Origin: a virus
Virus record (IMG/VR): IMGVR_UViG_3300042691_022450
Length of the DNA: 64,000 bases
Reading direction: 5' to 3' (one strand)
The notes under the pieces: generated by a model
The model's input: only the letters and a program-made list of their open reading frames with translations
Database searches by the model: none
Told to the model about the DNA's origin: nothing
Shown here: positions 26,446 to 37,715 of the stretch, piece by piece
Numbering within the stretch: the stretch's first letter is position 1
Layout: every line of letters starts with the position of its first letter
Program-made: the position numbers and the translations under genes

Positions 26446-26768
26446 CTATCAAAGCAACTGAACTTCTCAAACTCTTTTCCAAAGCAGAAAAACTTGATTT
26501 GAGTGTTGCGGTTCTTGAGGAAAAAGATGGGGATTATGTAATTCGTATCTTTGCAATGTTTTCACCCAAAAATTTTGATGAGTATGTAGTCATCACTCAA
26601 GAGGGTGAGAGTGATTGGAGTAAAGGATACCAAAGTTTTGATGCTGTGATGGATGTTCTTGATGAGAAACTGGAAGAACAAAAGCAAAAAGAAATCAAAG
26701 AACAAAAACGACAAGAACTGATTGCTCGTTTGACTGATGAAGAAAAAGAACTACTTAACCTGAAATGA
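26442..26768 (+). CDS. Hypothetical protein with LTDEEKELL tail
   Basis: Same C-terminal motif as the flanking paralogs. Confidence 0.72.
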   Translation: MTIKATELLKLFSKAEKLDLSVAVLEEKDGDYVIRIFAMFSPKNFDEYVVITQEGESDWSKGYQSFDAVMDVLDEKLEEQKQKEIKEQKRQELIARLTDEEKELLNLK

Positions 26769-27097
26769 CTAACCAACCTAAAAAAATTCAAGTCAAAGAA
26801 ACTAAAGAATATTGGGGGAACTTTGTAGGTTCTTTTGAAGACATTATCTTTTCACTTCAAAAGTGTAAAGATATGGGTTGGGAAGGTCTTGAAATTCAAT
26901 ACGATATGGATTATGGGAATGAATATTATCTCTACAAGCATCGTGAAGAAACCGACAAAGAGTATGAGAAACGGATGAAGCAATTGGAGAAAGAAAAGGC
27001 AGAGAAAGTAAAAGCAAAGGAACGAAAACTCAAACAACTCAAGAAAGACCTTGCTTCCTTGACTGATGAAGAAAAAGAACTTTTAAATCTAAACTAA
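26765..27097 (+). CDS. Hypothetical protein, paralog of 25796..26125
   Basis: Shares 143 identical bp. Confidence 0.78.
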   Translation: MTNQPKKIQVKETKEYWGNFVGSFEDIIFSLQKCKDMGWEGLEIQYDMDYGNEYYLYKHREETDKEYEKRMKQLEKEKAEKVKAKERKLKQLKKDLASLTDEEKELLNLN

Positions 27098-27206
27098 ATA
27101 GAAATGTCTGTTTGGACGGCAATCTCTACGGACAGATTAGGTGCTTTCGGGCACCTTTTCTATTATAAACTCTTATAAATAGTAATGCCGTCCAAGTAGA
27201 ATAGAA
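27095..27206 (+). promoter_or_regulatory. Nuclease control cassette 2
   Basis: Same scaffold; arm 27107-27121 complementary to 27186-27200. Confidence 0.8.
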
Positions 27207-28013
27207 ATGGTAAATCCTAACAGGTTTTATACTTACGCATATTTGCGGGAAGACAGAACACCTTATTACATAGGAAAGGGACAAGGTAATAGGGCATATA
27301 AAAAAAGAAAAGGTGAAGTAAAACCACCAAAAGATAAGTCAAGAATAATTTTCTTAAAACAAAACCTAACAGAAGAAGAAGAAGCATTCAAGCACGAAAT
27401 CTATATGATTGCTGTGTTCGGTAGAATAGATTTAGGAACTGGGATATTGAGAAATAAAACTGATGGTGGAGAAGGTTCATCTGGATGGGTTCCAAGTGAA
27501 GAATGTAAAAGAAAACAAAGTGAAATAAAAAGAGGTGAAAATAATCCTAATTATGGCAAATCACCTTCTGAAGAAACCAGAAGAAAATTAAGTGAGTCAA
27601 ATAAAGGAAAATCGCGTTCCCAAGAAACCAGAATAAAACAAAGCAAAGCAAAACAAAATAAAAAATATTGGAATGATGTGAATGGTAATCTTGTTCGTTC
27701 TGTAGAATGTCCTGGGAAAGATTGGTTTCCTGGAATGGGCAAAAGAAGTGAGGATTTAATACGAACCGGAAGAGAAAGTTCTTGTTATGGTAAGTTGTGG
27801 TGGAATGATGGAAATGGGAATCGTATTCTTTCAGTAGAATGCCCAGGAGAAAACTGGATTCTTGGTCTTGATGAAGAACATAAAGAAAAAATAGGTAAAG
27901 GAAATAAAAATAAACGATGGTGGAATGATGGAAATGGTAATACTAAATTTGCTGAAGAATGTCCTGGTGGAGGTTGGGATGCTGGTCGGGGAAAATTAAA
28001 AGAACATAAGTAA
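27207..28013 (+). CDS. GIY-YIG-family homing endonuclease with NUMOD3 and WWNDG repeats
   Basis: N-terminus near-identical to 20865 ORF; three (Y/W)WND..GN...ECPG..W..G repeats. Confidence 0.88.
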   Translation: MVNPNRFYTYAYLREDRTPYYIGKGQGNRAYKKRKGEVKPPKDKSRIIFLKQNLTEEEEAFKHEIYMIAVFGRIDLGTGILRNKTDGGEGSSGWVPSEECKRKQSEIKRGENNPNYGKSPSEETRRKLSESNKGKSRSQETRIKQSKAKQNKKYWNDVNGNLVRSVECPGKDWFPGMGKRSEDLIRTGRESSCYGKLWWNDGNGNRILSVECPGENWILGLDEEHKEKIGKGNKNKRWWNDGNGNTKFAEECPGGGWDAGRGKLKEHK

Positions 28014-28098
28014 TATGAGGACACTTCTTAAACTGCACCACTTGCCCTTGCGGTGAGTGGGTTTTTGGTCTATAATACTTCCATACAAAAATCACAAA

Positions 28099-28761
28099 AT
28101 GCCTTTATCTGACGAAGAAAAACTCACACTTCTCCTCAAGGTTCTCAAAGAATTCGCAGAGGCAAAACACTGTTATGATATAGAAGGAGATGATTATACT
28201 CCAAGTGCTATTAGTTATGATGTTGCCTTTGACGATGGTATTGATTATGGTGAGATTACCTTTGCCCGCACACTATTAGAACAAATCGGTGAAACTTTTG
28301 AATACCCTTGTGTGAAAGAAAATGACTAACAAAGTAAAATTCACACAAGTATCACGGGTGATTGACCCTAAGACCCGTATTCATTATCTTGATGCGGTTG
28401 ATGAGTATGGGAACCATTGGATGGCACAGATGGAGCACAACACAGAGAAATGGTTGTGTTTTAGTAGAGTATGGTATGAAGACCCCCAACAACCTTTTGA
28501 TACACTATGACTAAACATCCTGCTAATGAGTATCTTGACCCCCAAGAAGATGCTCAACTTTCATTTAACAAGTGGTTTTATGAAGATTTTTATGGTAGAT
28601 TTACATATCGGTATGAATACTTTATGGACGACATAAAAATTGAGGATGAGAACCAAAGGAAACAAATTCTTATTAATTGGGTTGAAAGTGCATTTCTGTG
28701 TGGATACGAATATGCTCTTTATAAGCAACTGGAAGAAGAGGTAGAGAACGATAATAAATAA
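28099..28761 (+). other. Three small hypothetical ORFs (28099-28329, 28322-28510, 28507-28761)
   Basis: Coupled ORFs after a promoter repeat. Confidence 0.7.
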
Positions 28762-28856
28762 AAATGTCTGTTGATACTGCAATCTCTACGGACAGATTAG
28801 GTGCTTTCGGGCACCTTTTCTATTATAAATAGTAATGCAGTATCAACAGAATAGAA
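28755..28856 (+). promoter_or_regulatory. Nuclease control cassette 3
   Basis: TCTGTTGATACTGCA (28767-28781) is the exact reverse complement of TGCAGTATCAACAGA (28836-28850). Confidence 0.82.
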
Positions 28857-29642
28857 ATGACTTACCAAAGTCCAAGAATATACTTGTATAAAATTACTTT
28901 TGAAGAAGTTCCATATTACTATTATGGAGTTCATAAGGAAAAATACTTCAACGAAGAATACTGGGGTTCTCCAATAACAAACAAATGGTGTTGGGAGATT
29001 TATACTCCAAAGAAACAAATACTTCAACTTTTTGATTTCACGGATGAAGGTTGGTTGAAAGCACAAGAAATTGAAGAAAGATTGATAAAACCATTTTTCA
29101 ATACTGATAAATGGTGTTTGAATGAAAGTTGTGGTGGTAAAATATCTCTAAAAGTTTTGCGTGAAAGTGGAAATAAATGCTATGAACTTGGTTTAGGAGT
29201 TCATTCATTAACCAAAGAGCAAAGAAGTGAAAATGGTAAAAGAACTGGTAAAATTTCTGGAAAAAAAGGAGGTGAAAGAGCATATGAACTTGGTGTTGGA
29301 GTTCACGGAAGAACAAAAGAACAGATGAGTGAAGATGGGAAACAAGGAGGAAAAAAATCATACAAACTTAAAATAGGAATACACGGAAGAACCAAAGAAC
29401 ATATGGTTGAAAATGGTAGAAAGTGTGGAAATAGGGCATATGAACTTGGGATTGGAATTCACGGACAAAGCAAAGAAAAAATGACGGAAAATGGAAGAAG
29501 AGGTGGAAAAATAGGAGGTAAAAAAACAAGTTCTCAAAGATGGATGTGTCTTGAAACTGGATTTATCACAAACGCAGGTGCTCTTTCAAATTATCAAAAG
29601 AAAAATGGAATAGACACCTCTAAACGAGTGAGAATAGTGTAA
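28857..29642 (+). CDS. GIY-YIG-like (Seg-type) homing endonuclease with G(I/V)HGxxKE repeats
   Basis: IYLYKIT..YYYYGVH..YWGS..E..CLN; repeated ELGxGxHGRTKEQMxENG. Confidence 0.78.
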   Translation: MTYQSPRIYLYKITFEEVPYYYYGVHKEKYFNEEYWGSPITNKWCWEIYTPKKQILQLFDFTDEGWLKAQEIEERLIKPFFNTDKWCLNESCGGKISLKVLRESGNKCYELGLGVHSLTKEQRSENGKRTGKISGKKGGERAYELGVGVHGRTKEQMSEDGKQGGKKSYKLKIGIHGRTKEHMVENGRKCGNRAYELGIGIHGQSKEKMTENGRRGGKIGGKKTSSQRWMCLETGFITNAGALSNYQKKNGIDTSKRVRIV

Positions 29643-29722
29643 GGACACTTCTCAAACAGGCACAAGAGCACTTTACGGGTGCTCTTTTTTGATGTATAAT
29701 GACCTTATGAGTAATCACTTAA

Positions 29723-30169
29723 ATGAATAACGATTGGAAACCAACTGAAATCAACGAAGGACAACCAACAAACTGGGAACCAAGGAAGCAACATCCCGAA
29801 GAAGTTGCTGAAGGATTGCGTAATGCTTTCAGACAAGCAATCAAAGATGGTGTGATGGATGCTACTCCTTACCTGAAACAAATGACACCTAAAATTGAAA
29901 TTGACCCTTCACTTATTCTCAAATCTGGTGATTGTATTTACTATCATGGAGTAAAGTATCAGAAAGTAGTAGAACCCAAGAGTTTTTATAATAAACTTTG
30001 GGACTTGCTAAAAACCAAATTGAATGATACTCTTGATTGTGATGAACTCACTGATGAAGTTATTGATTTGATTAGAGATACTATTCCAGAAACTATGGAG
30101 AATAAGTATCATTCTGATATTATTCAAGGTTATAATACGGCACTCAAAGAAGTAAAGGAGAGGTTCTGA
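29723..30169 (+). CDS. Hypothetical protein
   Basis: ORF after a promoter repeat. Confidence 0.72.
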   Translation: MNNDWKPTEINEGQPTNWEPRKQHPEEVAEGLRNAFRQAIKDGVMDATPYLKQMTPKIEIDPSLILKSGDCIYYHGVKYQKVVEPKSFYNKLWDLLKTKLNDTLDCDELTDEVIDLIRDTIPETMENKYHSDIIQGYNTALKEVKERF

Positions 30170-30780
30170 TGACTTTTAACACAGACATCGAAAAAACTGA
30201 AAAAGAAATTGCTGTCTTACAAAAGAAACTGGAACTCCTCAAAGAGATTGAAACACATAAATCTCAACCAAAAATGGAGTTTAGTTTTGGTGGTAAGTTT
30301 GAGGTCGTCTCTTATAATGATGAGGTTTATTATCGTCTTGAGTTTGATGATGAAAGTCATAGTTGGTATAAGAGAAAAGAGAAACTTGATGGTAATCTCC
30401 TGAAACAGATTACTGATGGTGAAACTCATCGTCTGCTTGAAGGTGTGTGGTTCAACGATGTCAAGCACGGAAAGTATGATGATGTAACGACAACAGAACC
30501 TTATAAAAATGTGAGAGCATATTGGGGTGAGAAGGATAATCCAAAACCTATGGATGAAGTAGTTGATAAGTTGATAAAAGAACAACAAGCACAAAAACTC
30601 TACAACAGACTGTATGATGAACTTGGTTTCGAGTTTGATACTTGTAATGATATTGTAGATATTGTTGAGGAGTGGATTTTAGATGAACAAAGTGCTTCTG
30701 GTTCCCAAAATGTAAATACTGAATTACTGGTAGAAGGTTTCAACGATTGTGTGCGGAAAATGAAGGAGATGTTGCGATGA
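30169..30780 (+). CDS. Hypothetical protein
   Basis: TGATG overlap; 203 aa. Confidence 0.75.
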   Translation: MTFNTDIEKTEKEIAVLQKKLELLKEIETHKSQPKMEFSFGGKFEVVSYNDEVYYRLEFDDESHSWYKRKEKLDGNLLKQITDGETHRLLEGVWFNDVKHGKYDDVTTTEPYKNVRAYWGEKDNPKPMDEVVDKLIKEQQAQKLYNRLYDELGFEFDTCNDIVDIVEEWILDEQSASGSQNVNTELLVEGFNDCVRKMKEMLR

Positions 30781-32982
30781 GACACAATCCAGCAGATTGG
30801 GACACCTATTCTTCAAAGCAAAGAAAAGAATGGTATTATAAACCATATGAAGAACAACGAGAGATTATAAATCAATCATATCTCTCAATTATTACTGATG
30901 AGAATGGAAATCTTGATGCTTTGAAAATCCTTGAAATTATTATGGATTTACAAGACCGAGTAGAAGACCTTGAAACAGAATGTGTGAGGAAGGATTATTT
31001 CTAATGACTGACGAACAAATTAATACGATGCTCCAGATGCACCGACATCTTATTGTGAGTGAGATGACTGCTTGGTGTCATAAAATCAACAAAGATTACC
31101 GTGCTGCTGAACTCCAAACAGAAGTGAATGACGGACACTGGAATAACTTTGCTCTATGGTTGAGGAAGATTAGAGATGAATGAAGAACTTTATATTCTTT
31201 ATCTCAAACTTCGTGGTGGATATTGGAGAGTTAAGGAGGCATTTTCTATTTGGGGATTTTTGATGACCCATAGTTTGGAAAGATTAAATGAAAGATGTCA
31301 CGGTTTAAATTGTTTTGATGAGTTTTATGCTACAATTAATGGTGGTTGGAAATGACCGAACAATACGGGAATCTTCCTGATGGTTTCTTTCTTTCTGAAA
31401 AGGAGATTGAAGACTTGAGAAACTCTAAAAAGGAATTAACGGATTATGGTAGAGAGAAACTGAGAGAACTTATTGAAAAGCAGAAGAAAGAGGACACTTG
31501 ACGAACTGGCACAAGACCCCTCCACAGGGGCACCAGATGCCCTATAATAGTCTCATACACAAAGAAACTTTCTGATGTCTAATTTCTACACAAAACTTCC
31601 TGGTTGTGAAGTACTTCGCAGCAAGATTGATGTCTTCACGATGTCTGACCCTGATGATGAAAACATTTTTCAACGGGTAGAACTGACTGTAGATAATGAT
31701 GGTGTCTTCATTACTTCTTGCTCTGGTGGTGCTCGTGAGGATATGAGTATCGCACAGAAGGACTTGGCAATTGCTACTGCCCGTGCTATTCTGGAAGCAT
31801 ACGGAGTGGGTTGAATGACTTACAACCTCAACCAAGAAGCAAAAGCATTCTCTTACACTCGTGAAGAGTTGTTTAAGTGCATTGTAAAGATTGTTGCACA
31901 TCCTCATAAGACCATCACCGAGCACGACCAATCCCGTGCTCTCGCCATTATGGTGGTGTTTGATGATTATTTCTCCAATTACACAGAAAGTGATAATAAT
32001 GGTGGGTATTATGTCTATGAACAAGAATCCACAGACTTTACTGATTTTGTAAGGTTCAAACTTGGTATTAGTGATTATGATGCTGTTGCTGTTGATGAGA
32101 TGCTGAAATGAGATTTGAAACTCAATCAAAATGGGAAGATTTCCTTGATGGATTTCGTAATGTCCTGTATATTCTTGACTGTTATGATGACGGTGATGAA
32201 TGGGGTTATGGTGAGTTCTGGGAGAGTTTGAGTATTGGTTGGTTTCAGGAATATATCTATCCTTATGATGACCCATACAATCTAACTATCAGTCCAGAAC
32301 GTAAGTTAAGATTAGCACAAGAACCAGAAAGGATTATTGTATCCGCAGAAGCATATGATGAACTTGTGCGACGAATAAATGAACCACAAGACTCTGCTGT
32401 AGTTGAGAGAATTAAAGAAATTATGAATCGTAAAGCACCGTGGGATGAATGATATCATTTTCCCACAACCACTTTTATAAACAAAGAACTTTTATGAACA
32501 AAGAACCACTCCAAGCAAAAGTATCCGACGAAGATTACCAAAAGGTTTTAAATCTTATGAATAATCAAGAACCATATCCTGATTCTATGTTTGAGGAAGC
32601 AGAACGTCGTGAAGTAGCAAACAGAGAACTTGCAAAAGAAGAATGGGAACGCAAAAAACGCAGTGATACTCTGCTGGCACGATATAATGCTTTCTATAAT
32701 GATGAATGTTCTGGACTGCCTCACGGGACACCAATCACACCAGAACATATGCAGGCAATTGCATTACAATCTGCAATTGATGCTCTGCGTTGCGAAAACC
32801 TGAATCGTGAGTATAATGAAATCGCAATCTCTGATATTGAGGATTTGATTGAACGATTGTATCAACAGAGTAATGAGTATCTTCAACGAGTGAGGAAACT
32901 GAAAAATGACTTACTCACCAAACCTGTGACACTTGTGAAACTGGCACAAGACCCCACCAATCCCCCTGTGGATGCCCTATAA
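30777..32982 (+). other. Small hypothetical ORFs (30777-31004, 31004-31183, 31575-31814, 31815-32111, 32108-32452, 32494-32982)
   Basis: Packed + strand ORFs. Confidence 0.7.
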
Positions 32983-33005
32983 TAGTCTCATATTCAAAAA
33001 GAGCA

Positions 33006-33269
33006 ATGACTGCTTCCAATCTTTCTAAAATCAAACCTAAACTTCGCACTCAAGGCTCTGTATCTGGGAACTTTGGTAGGGCAAAAGTTAAAGCAGGTTC
33101 TCCTTTGCGTGATATTGGAATGACCGATGCAAAAGTAGTTAAAGTTTGCACACAAGAAGATTATCTGAAGAGACTCTATCTTGCATATAAGACAACTGAA
33201 GATGCTAAACTGAAAAAGTTTGTATTTTCTGAAATTAAAAAGATTATGATTCAACGAGGAGAATGGTGA
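33006..33269 (+). CDS. Basic hypothetical protein
   Basis: SKIKPKLRTQGSVSGNFG; first gene after a promoter repeat. Confidence 0.75.
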   Translation: MTASNLSKIKPKLRTQGSVSGNFGRAKVKAGSPLRDIGMTDAKVVKVCTQEDYLKRLYLAYKTTEDAKLKKFVFSEIKKIMIQRGEW

Positions 33270-33451
33270 GTAACACTGTTTACGCATATTCAGAAGTTGA
33301 ACGTGCTTACAAGATTCTTAAAGAACTTGTAGAACGTGAGAATAAACTTCATATGATGGATATGACCATCAATCTCCAACATCTTGATGTTATTCAATAC
33401 GAGATTCTTCCTGCACTGGAAGAAATCGTTTATTTTGACCCAACTCCTTAA
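33263..33451 (+). CDS. Hypothetical protein
   Basis: GAGGAG RBS. Confidence 0.7.
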   Translation: MVSNTVYAYSEVERAYKILKELVERENKLHMMDMTINLQHLDVIQYEILPALEEIVYFDPTP

Positions 33452-33455
33452 ACTA

Positions 33456-33746
33456 ATGCAATTCAATTTTAATACTGTTAAAGATTTTTACGTTGAAAAC
33501 GTGAATGATGATGTCCTTAAAAAAGTTGGACTGACTGCTGGTATCTTCACAGTCGTGATTGTCTCTCAACTCTTTCTTCACGGATTTGTTGAAATTGTTG
33601 ATAGTATCCCCGTATTCAACTCTCTGATGCAAGTTGTTGGTGTTTATGCATCTGCAAGGTTTGCTATAGCAAACCTCACAACTCAAGAGAAACGTGATAA
33701 TCTTGCGAAAAACGTTCGGAATACCTACCAAGATGTAGTAGGTTGA
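33456..33746 (+). CDS. CAAD/CurT-like thylakoid membrane protein
   Basis: Two TM helices; IVDSIPVFNSLMQVVGVYASARFAIANLTTQEKRDNL fits the CAAD pattern. Confidence 0.7.
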   Translation: MQFNFNTVKDFYVENVNDDVLKKVGLTAGIFTVVIVSQLFLHGFVEIVDSIPVFNSLMQVVGVYASARFAIANLTTQEKRDNLAKNVRNTYQDVVG

Positions 33747-33844
33747 TTGAATACATAAGTATAACGATGGACGGTTTTTGTTCTGTCCATTTGCACTTGA
33801 TTACGCACCGAAAGGGTGCTATGATTACGAAGTAAATCACTCAA

Positions 33845-33973
33845 ATGATGTTCGACACGTTCAATTTTACTGGTGATGCCACTACCTTTATTGGTTTGGT
33901 TGGTGTTATTAGCACTGCTGTTATTGTTATTACTGTTTTCCGTTCTTACTGGTCTAGTCCTTATCGCAAATGA
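33845..33973 (+). CDS. Small single-TM protein
   Basis: MMFDTFNFTGDATTFIGLVGVISTAVIVITVFRSYWSSPYRK (manual translation). Confidence 0.65.
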   Translation: MMFDTFNFTGDATTFIGLVGVISTAVIVITVFRSYWSSPYRK

Positions 33974-35516
33974 TTTATTCAAAATCCATTCAAGAGTACG
34001 AAAAAGAACTCAAGGAAGCAAAGAAAAAGTTTGATAAACTCTCTAAGCAATATAAAAAGTGTAGAAGTGTTTATCAAGCAGAGATGATGTACGATGACCT
34101 AACAATTCTGAATGAAGATATTTCTGAACTTCAGATGATTGTGAAGGAACTGCGTCAACAAAAGAAACTTGCCGAAATTGATGTTGTCTAATTATGTCTG
34201 ACCTTTATACTGAAATCTTGGTGTTTAACAAAATGTCTTTTAATCGTGAGCAACTTGTTGAGGATTATATCCAGCAAACGATTGGAGGAATGGATTATAA
34301 GACTATGGAACGTTTTGTTTATGATACTTTGAAAGATAATCTAGCAGATTATAATGATGAAGAATTGATTACAGAGGTTACAGACTACTACCCAGAATTG
34401 TTGGAGGATGTTGATACTCTGTGACACTTGTGGCACTGGCACACTAAAAGAGCACAGCACCTCAAATCCTGCTATAATTACTTCGTAATCAATCAACACC
34501 ATGTTAGTCCTTGATTCTATTGGTTTCTACGATAAGTTTCAAAATTATAATCTAATCCTAGATTTTTCTGGTCGTTGGGTAGAATATTATAATTATATGA
34601 TATCTCCTTTTAATGAAAAATGGATAAATAAAACTTATCAAGATGAGATAAAGCAAAATCGGTTTTACGATGTTTGATTGTGCCTTGTGCCACTGATTCT
34701 TCTGGCACATAACACTTTACAGACCCCAGAACCTGTGATATGATGTATTCATCAAGTCAAGGAGGTTTCAAGATGATTGACACTTGTGTTCTTCACGATG
34801 ATTACGAGGACTTTGCTAAAAAGTTTCTCGGTGTTGATTATGAGGACTTTATTGGTCTTCAACTTGGTCTTCCCGATGAAGATGAAATTGAAATTGAATA
34901 CTCTTTAAGTATTTGATTTCATTTGGAACGGGTTTGCCAATGGGTTGGAAATATCTAACCAATAAAGTTACCCATTTTTCGTTCCCTTGACTTTTCATTA
35001 AATGTCTGCTAAACTGATTGCTCTTGCTTCCGAAATCGTTGATACCAACCCTGCTGGTGCTCAACTGATTGTTAGTCTGACTAAAGCAGAAACTGGTGCT
35101 GAACTCATCGAAGCACTTGATAACTATGATTCCACCGTGCTTGAGAACTATTCTGAACCTGTGGATTCTGAAGATGAAGGTGAAGTGACTCTCACCGATG
35201 CAGATGGTATTGTAACTTCTGTTTGATTTTTGATTCTTTAATTTCTTAACCAACTAATTTTATTATGGCACGTCGCAACAAGTCTGCATCTCGTCAAATG
35301 GTTGAAAATCTTCAAGAACAACTTGTTGAGTATTTTCAAGAAAACATCTTTGATGATTGTGATTACGAAGATTTGACTGGTTCTGACCTTCTTGAAGCAC
35401 TGGTTGGCACTTTCCGTGAACTGGAAAGTGAAATCCAAAAGAAAATGAACCCGATTCAATATGTTCTAAATAAAATTGACCCAGAGGATTCTGAATCTCA
35501 AGTCCTTAACGGTTAA
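33970..35516 (+). other. Small hypothetical ORFs (33970-34191, 34194-34424, 35002-35226, 35265-35516)
   Basis: Acidic or coiled-coil small proteins downstream of promoter repeats. Confidence 0.7.
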
Positions 35517-35600
35517 TTCTTACGGGCATCAAAGGTCCAAACTTTGAATAAGACCCACACCTCCTATGCCTCTTCACAATGCACAAACCTGGAGGTTTAT

Positions 35601-35674
35601 GGGTTAGTAGCTCAGATGGATAGAGCAATTCACTTCTAATGAATTGGTCGGGGGTTCGAGTCCCTCCTAACCCG
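35601..35674 (+). tRNA. tRNA-Arg (UCU)
   Basis: ATTCA-CTTCTAA-TGAAT; GGATA D loop. Confidence 0.93.
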
Positions 35675-35688
35675 TTATTTTTATTATT

Positions 35689-36459
35689 ATGAAACTCAAA
35701 GTTTTAAGTGACCTACATCTTGAGCACTTTGTTGCTTGTCAAGTATTTGATGTTGGTGAAGGTGATGTTCTAGTTCTTGCTGGTGACATACTTAATGCCA
35801 AGCATTTCAAGACTGATGGGTATATTCACGAGGTTTATGATAGATTCTTGAATGATTGTAGCAAGAACTACGATAGAGTTCTTTATGTATTTGGAAATCA
35901 CGAATATTATGGATACAATTACGAAGGAAGTAAGAGGAAAATAAAAGAGCATCTTCCTCATAATTTCCAAATCCTTGACAATGACACAGTTACCATCAAC
36001 AACTGGAATTTCTTAGGTTTCACTCTCTGGACTGACTTTAGGAATGAAAATGCTCTAGAGATGATGGAAGCAGCACAAGTGATGAATGACTACAAAGTTA
36101 TTCGTATTACTCCAAAGTATCGGAAACTGAATCCAACTGACACTCTTAATTTTCATAAGGATAGTAAGAAGTATCTGTTGAATCAACTAAAAACACTCAA
36201 TGACAATGTATTTGTCATCAGTCATCATGCACCGAGTTATCAATCGGTTCCACAGCAATTCAAGAAACACGCAAATGGTGCCTATTGTAGTAATCTGGAT
36301 GATTTGATTGTTAATCATCCACAAATCAAATACTGGGCTCACGGTCATACTCACACTGCTTTTAATTATATGATTGAAGGTTGCCGAGTGATTTGTAATC
36401 CTGGTGGGTATCCTGGACAAGGAACTGGATTTAATCCAGATTTACTTTTTGACATCTAG
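35689..36459 (+). CDS. Calcineurin-like metallophosphoesterase
   Basis: SDLH, AGD, GNHE, SHH, HGHTH motifs. Confidence 0.9.
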   Translation: MKLKVLSDLHLEHFVACQVFDVGEGDVLVLAGDILNAKHFKTDGYIHEVYDRFLNDCSKNYDRVLYVFGNHEYYGYNYEGSKRKIKEHLPHNFQILDNDTVTINNWNFLGFTLWTDFRNENALEMMEAAQVMNDYKVIRITPKYRKLNPTDTLNFHKDSKKYLLNQLKTLNDNVFVISHHAPSYQSVPQQFKKHANGAYCSNLDDLIVNHPQIKYWAHGHTHTAFNYMIEGCRVICNPGGYPGQGTGFNPDLLFDI

Positions 36460-36507
36460 ATATAAGGAAGGTAGAATCTTCCCACACATTAAACTCGCAA
36501 AAGGTCG

Positions 36508-36984
36508 ATGGACTACTTAAAAATTGAACCAAATCAAACTATTCTTGTTCTAAACGCATCCTATGAACCAATTAACTTTACTAATTGGAAAAGAGCAATC
36601 GTGCTGCTTATGAAGAACAAAGCACAAGCACTTGGTAAGAGAGTCATTCGACTGGTCAATTACATTAAGTTGCCCTACGAGAAACTAATGCAAAATAGAC
36701 CATCACGAGCAATGATTTATAAACGTGATGGTCATAAGTGTCAGTATTGTGGTTCAACTAAAGAACTAACTATTGACCACATCATCCCACGTTCTCGTGG
36801 TGGTGAAGATACTTGGGAAAATCTTACTGTTGCTTGTATGCCTTGCAACTCTAAAAAAAGTGATAAACTTCTTGAAGAAACTAATTTGTCTCTTCGCACT
36901 ATTCCAAAAAAACCACTGAATAAGATGCTATTTGCTCTTGATAGAGCAAATGTCCCAGAGTGGAATGAATACTCTTATGTCTAA
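36508..36984 (+). CDS. HNH endonuclease (VLNASYEP family)
   Basis: RDGHKCQYCG..LTIDHIIPRSRGG..WENL..AC..CN. Confidence 0.9.
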   Translation: MDYLKIEPNQTILVLNASYEPINFTNWKRAIVLLMKNKAQALGKRVIRLVNYIKLPYEKLMQNRPSRAMIYKRDGHKCQYCGSTKELTIDHIIPRSRGGEDTWENLTVACMPCNSKKSDKLLEETNLSLRTIPKKPLNKMLFALDRANVPEWNEYSYV

Positions 36985-37715
36985 ACTCAATAATGAGTTT
37001 TATACTGTAGAATATGAGTTTATGGGGAAGAGAAAGTTTGCTTGTTATTTTCAACTTGAATCCGCACAGGAAGCAATGATGAAAATGATTAAGAAAGGAA
37101 TGGTTGTTAATGGATTAGAAACCAAGACTCTCAAAAAATAGTCAGTGTGCCACTTGTAGCACTGTCCCTAACACCTCTCCAAATCCCCTGGAGGGGTGTT
37201 ATACTATGGAGACAAGCAAAGGGGAGGGATGACTCCAAATTGGCAGCACAACTCAGGAAAAAATAAGAATACTAAAGGTTCTTGTAAGGGGAAACTCAAA
37301 GCAAGAAAACAAGCATTGCAGCACATCAAACGCAAACTCAAAGTAATCTGATGACCTATCAAAATCTTCTGGAGATTCTTCAGACTCTCACTCTGGAGCA
37401 GTTGAAGATGGATGTGTCAATTTATGACATTAGTTATGATGAGTTTTGTCCAATGCACAAATTTCATTTTGCAGATAACACTGTAGATGTGCTTGACCCT
37501 GACCACCCTTACCTTTCTTTCTGATTATGAACTCTAAAACTATTACTTACATCTTTCTTGCTTTTATTGCTGTTCTTGGATGGAACTCATTTGCAATTCA
37601 ACGTGATGAGAAAATGTTTGATGCTTATGATAAACAAGTTAAAGAGGTTTGCAAACAACAAACAGGTTGGCATCCAGACTGCAATCTTAAATAAGTATTA
37701 TAGTTTTGACTCCAA

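Larger units (their letters stand above)
25949..27063 (+). repeat. 143-bp exact direct repeat (25949-26091 and 26921-27063)
   Basis: GAATATTATCTCTACAAGC...GCTTCCTTGAC identical by eye. Confidence 0.85.
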
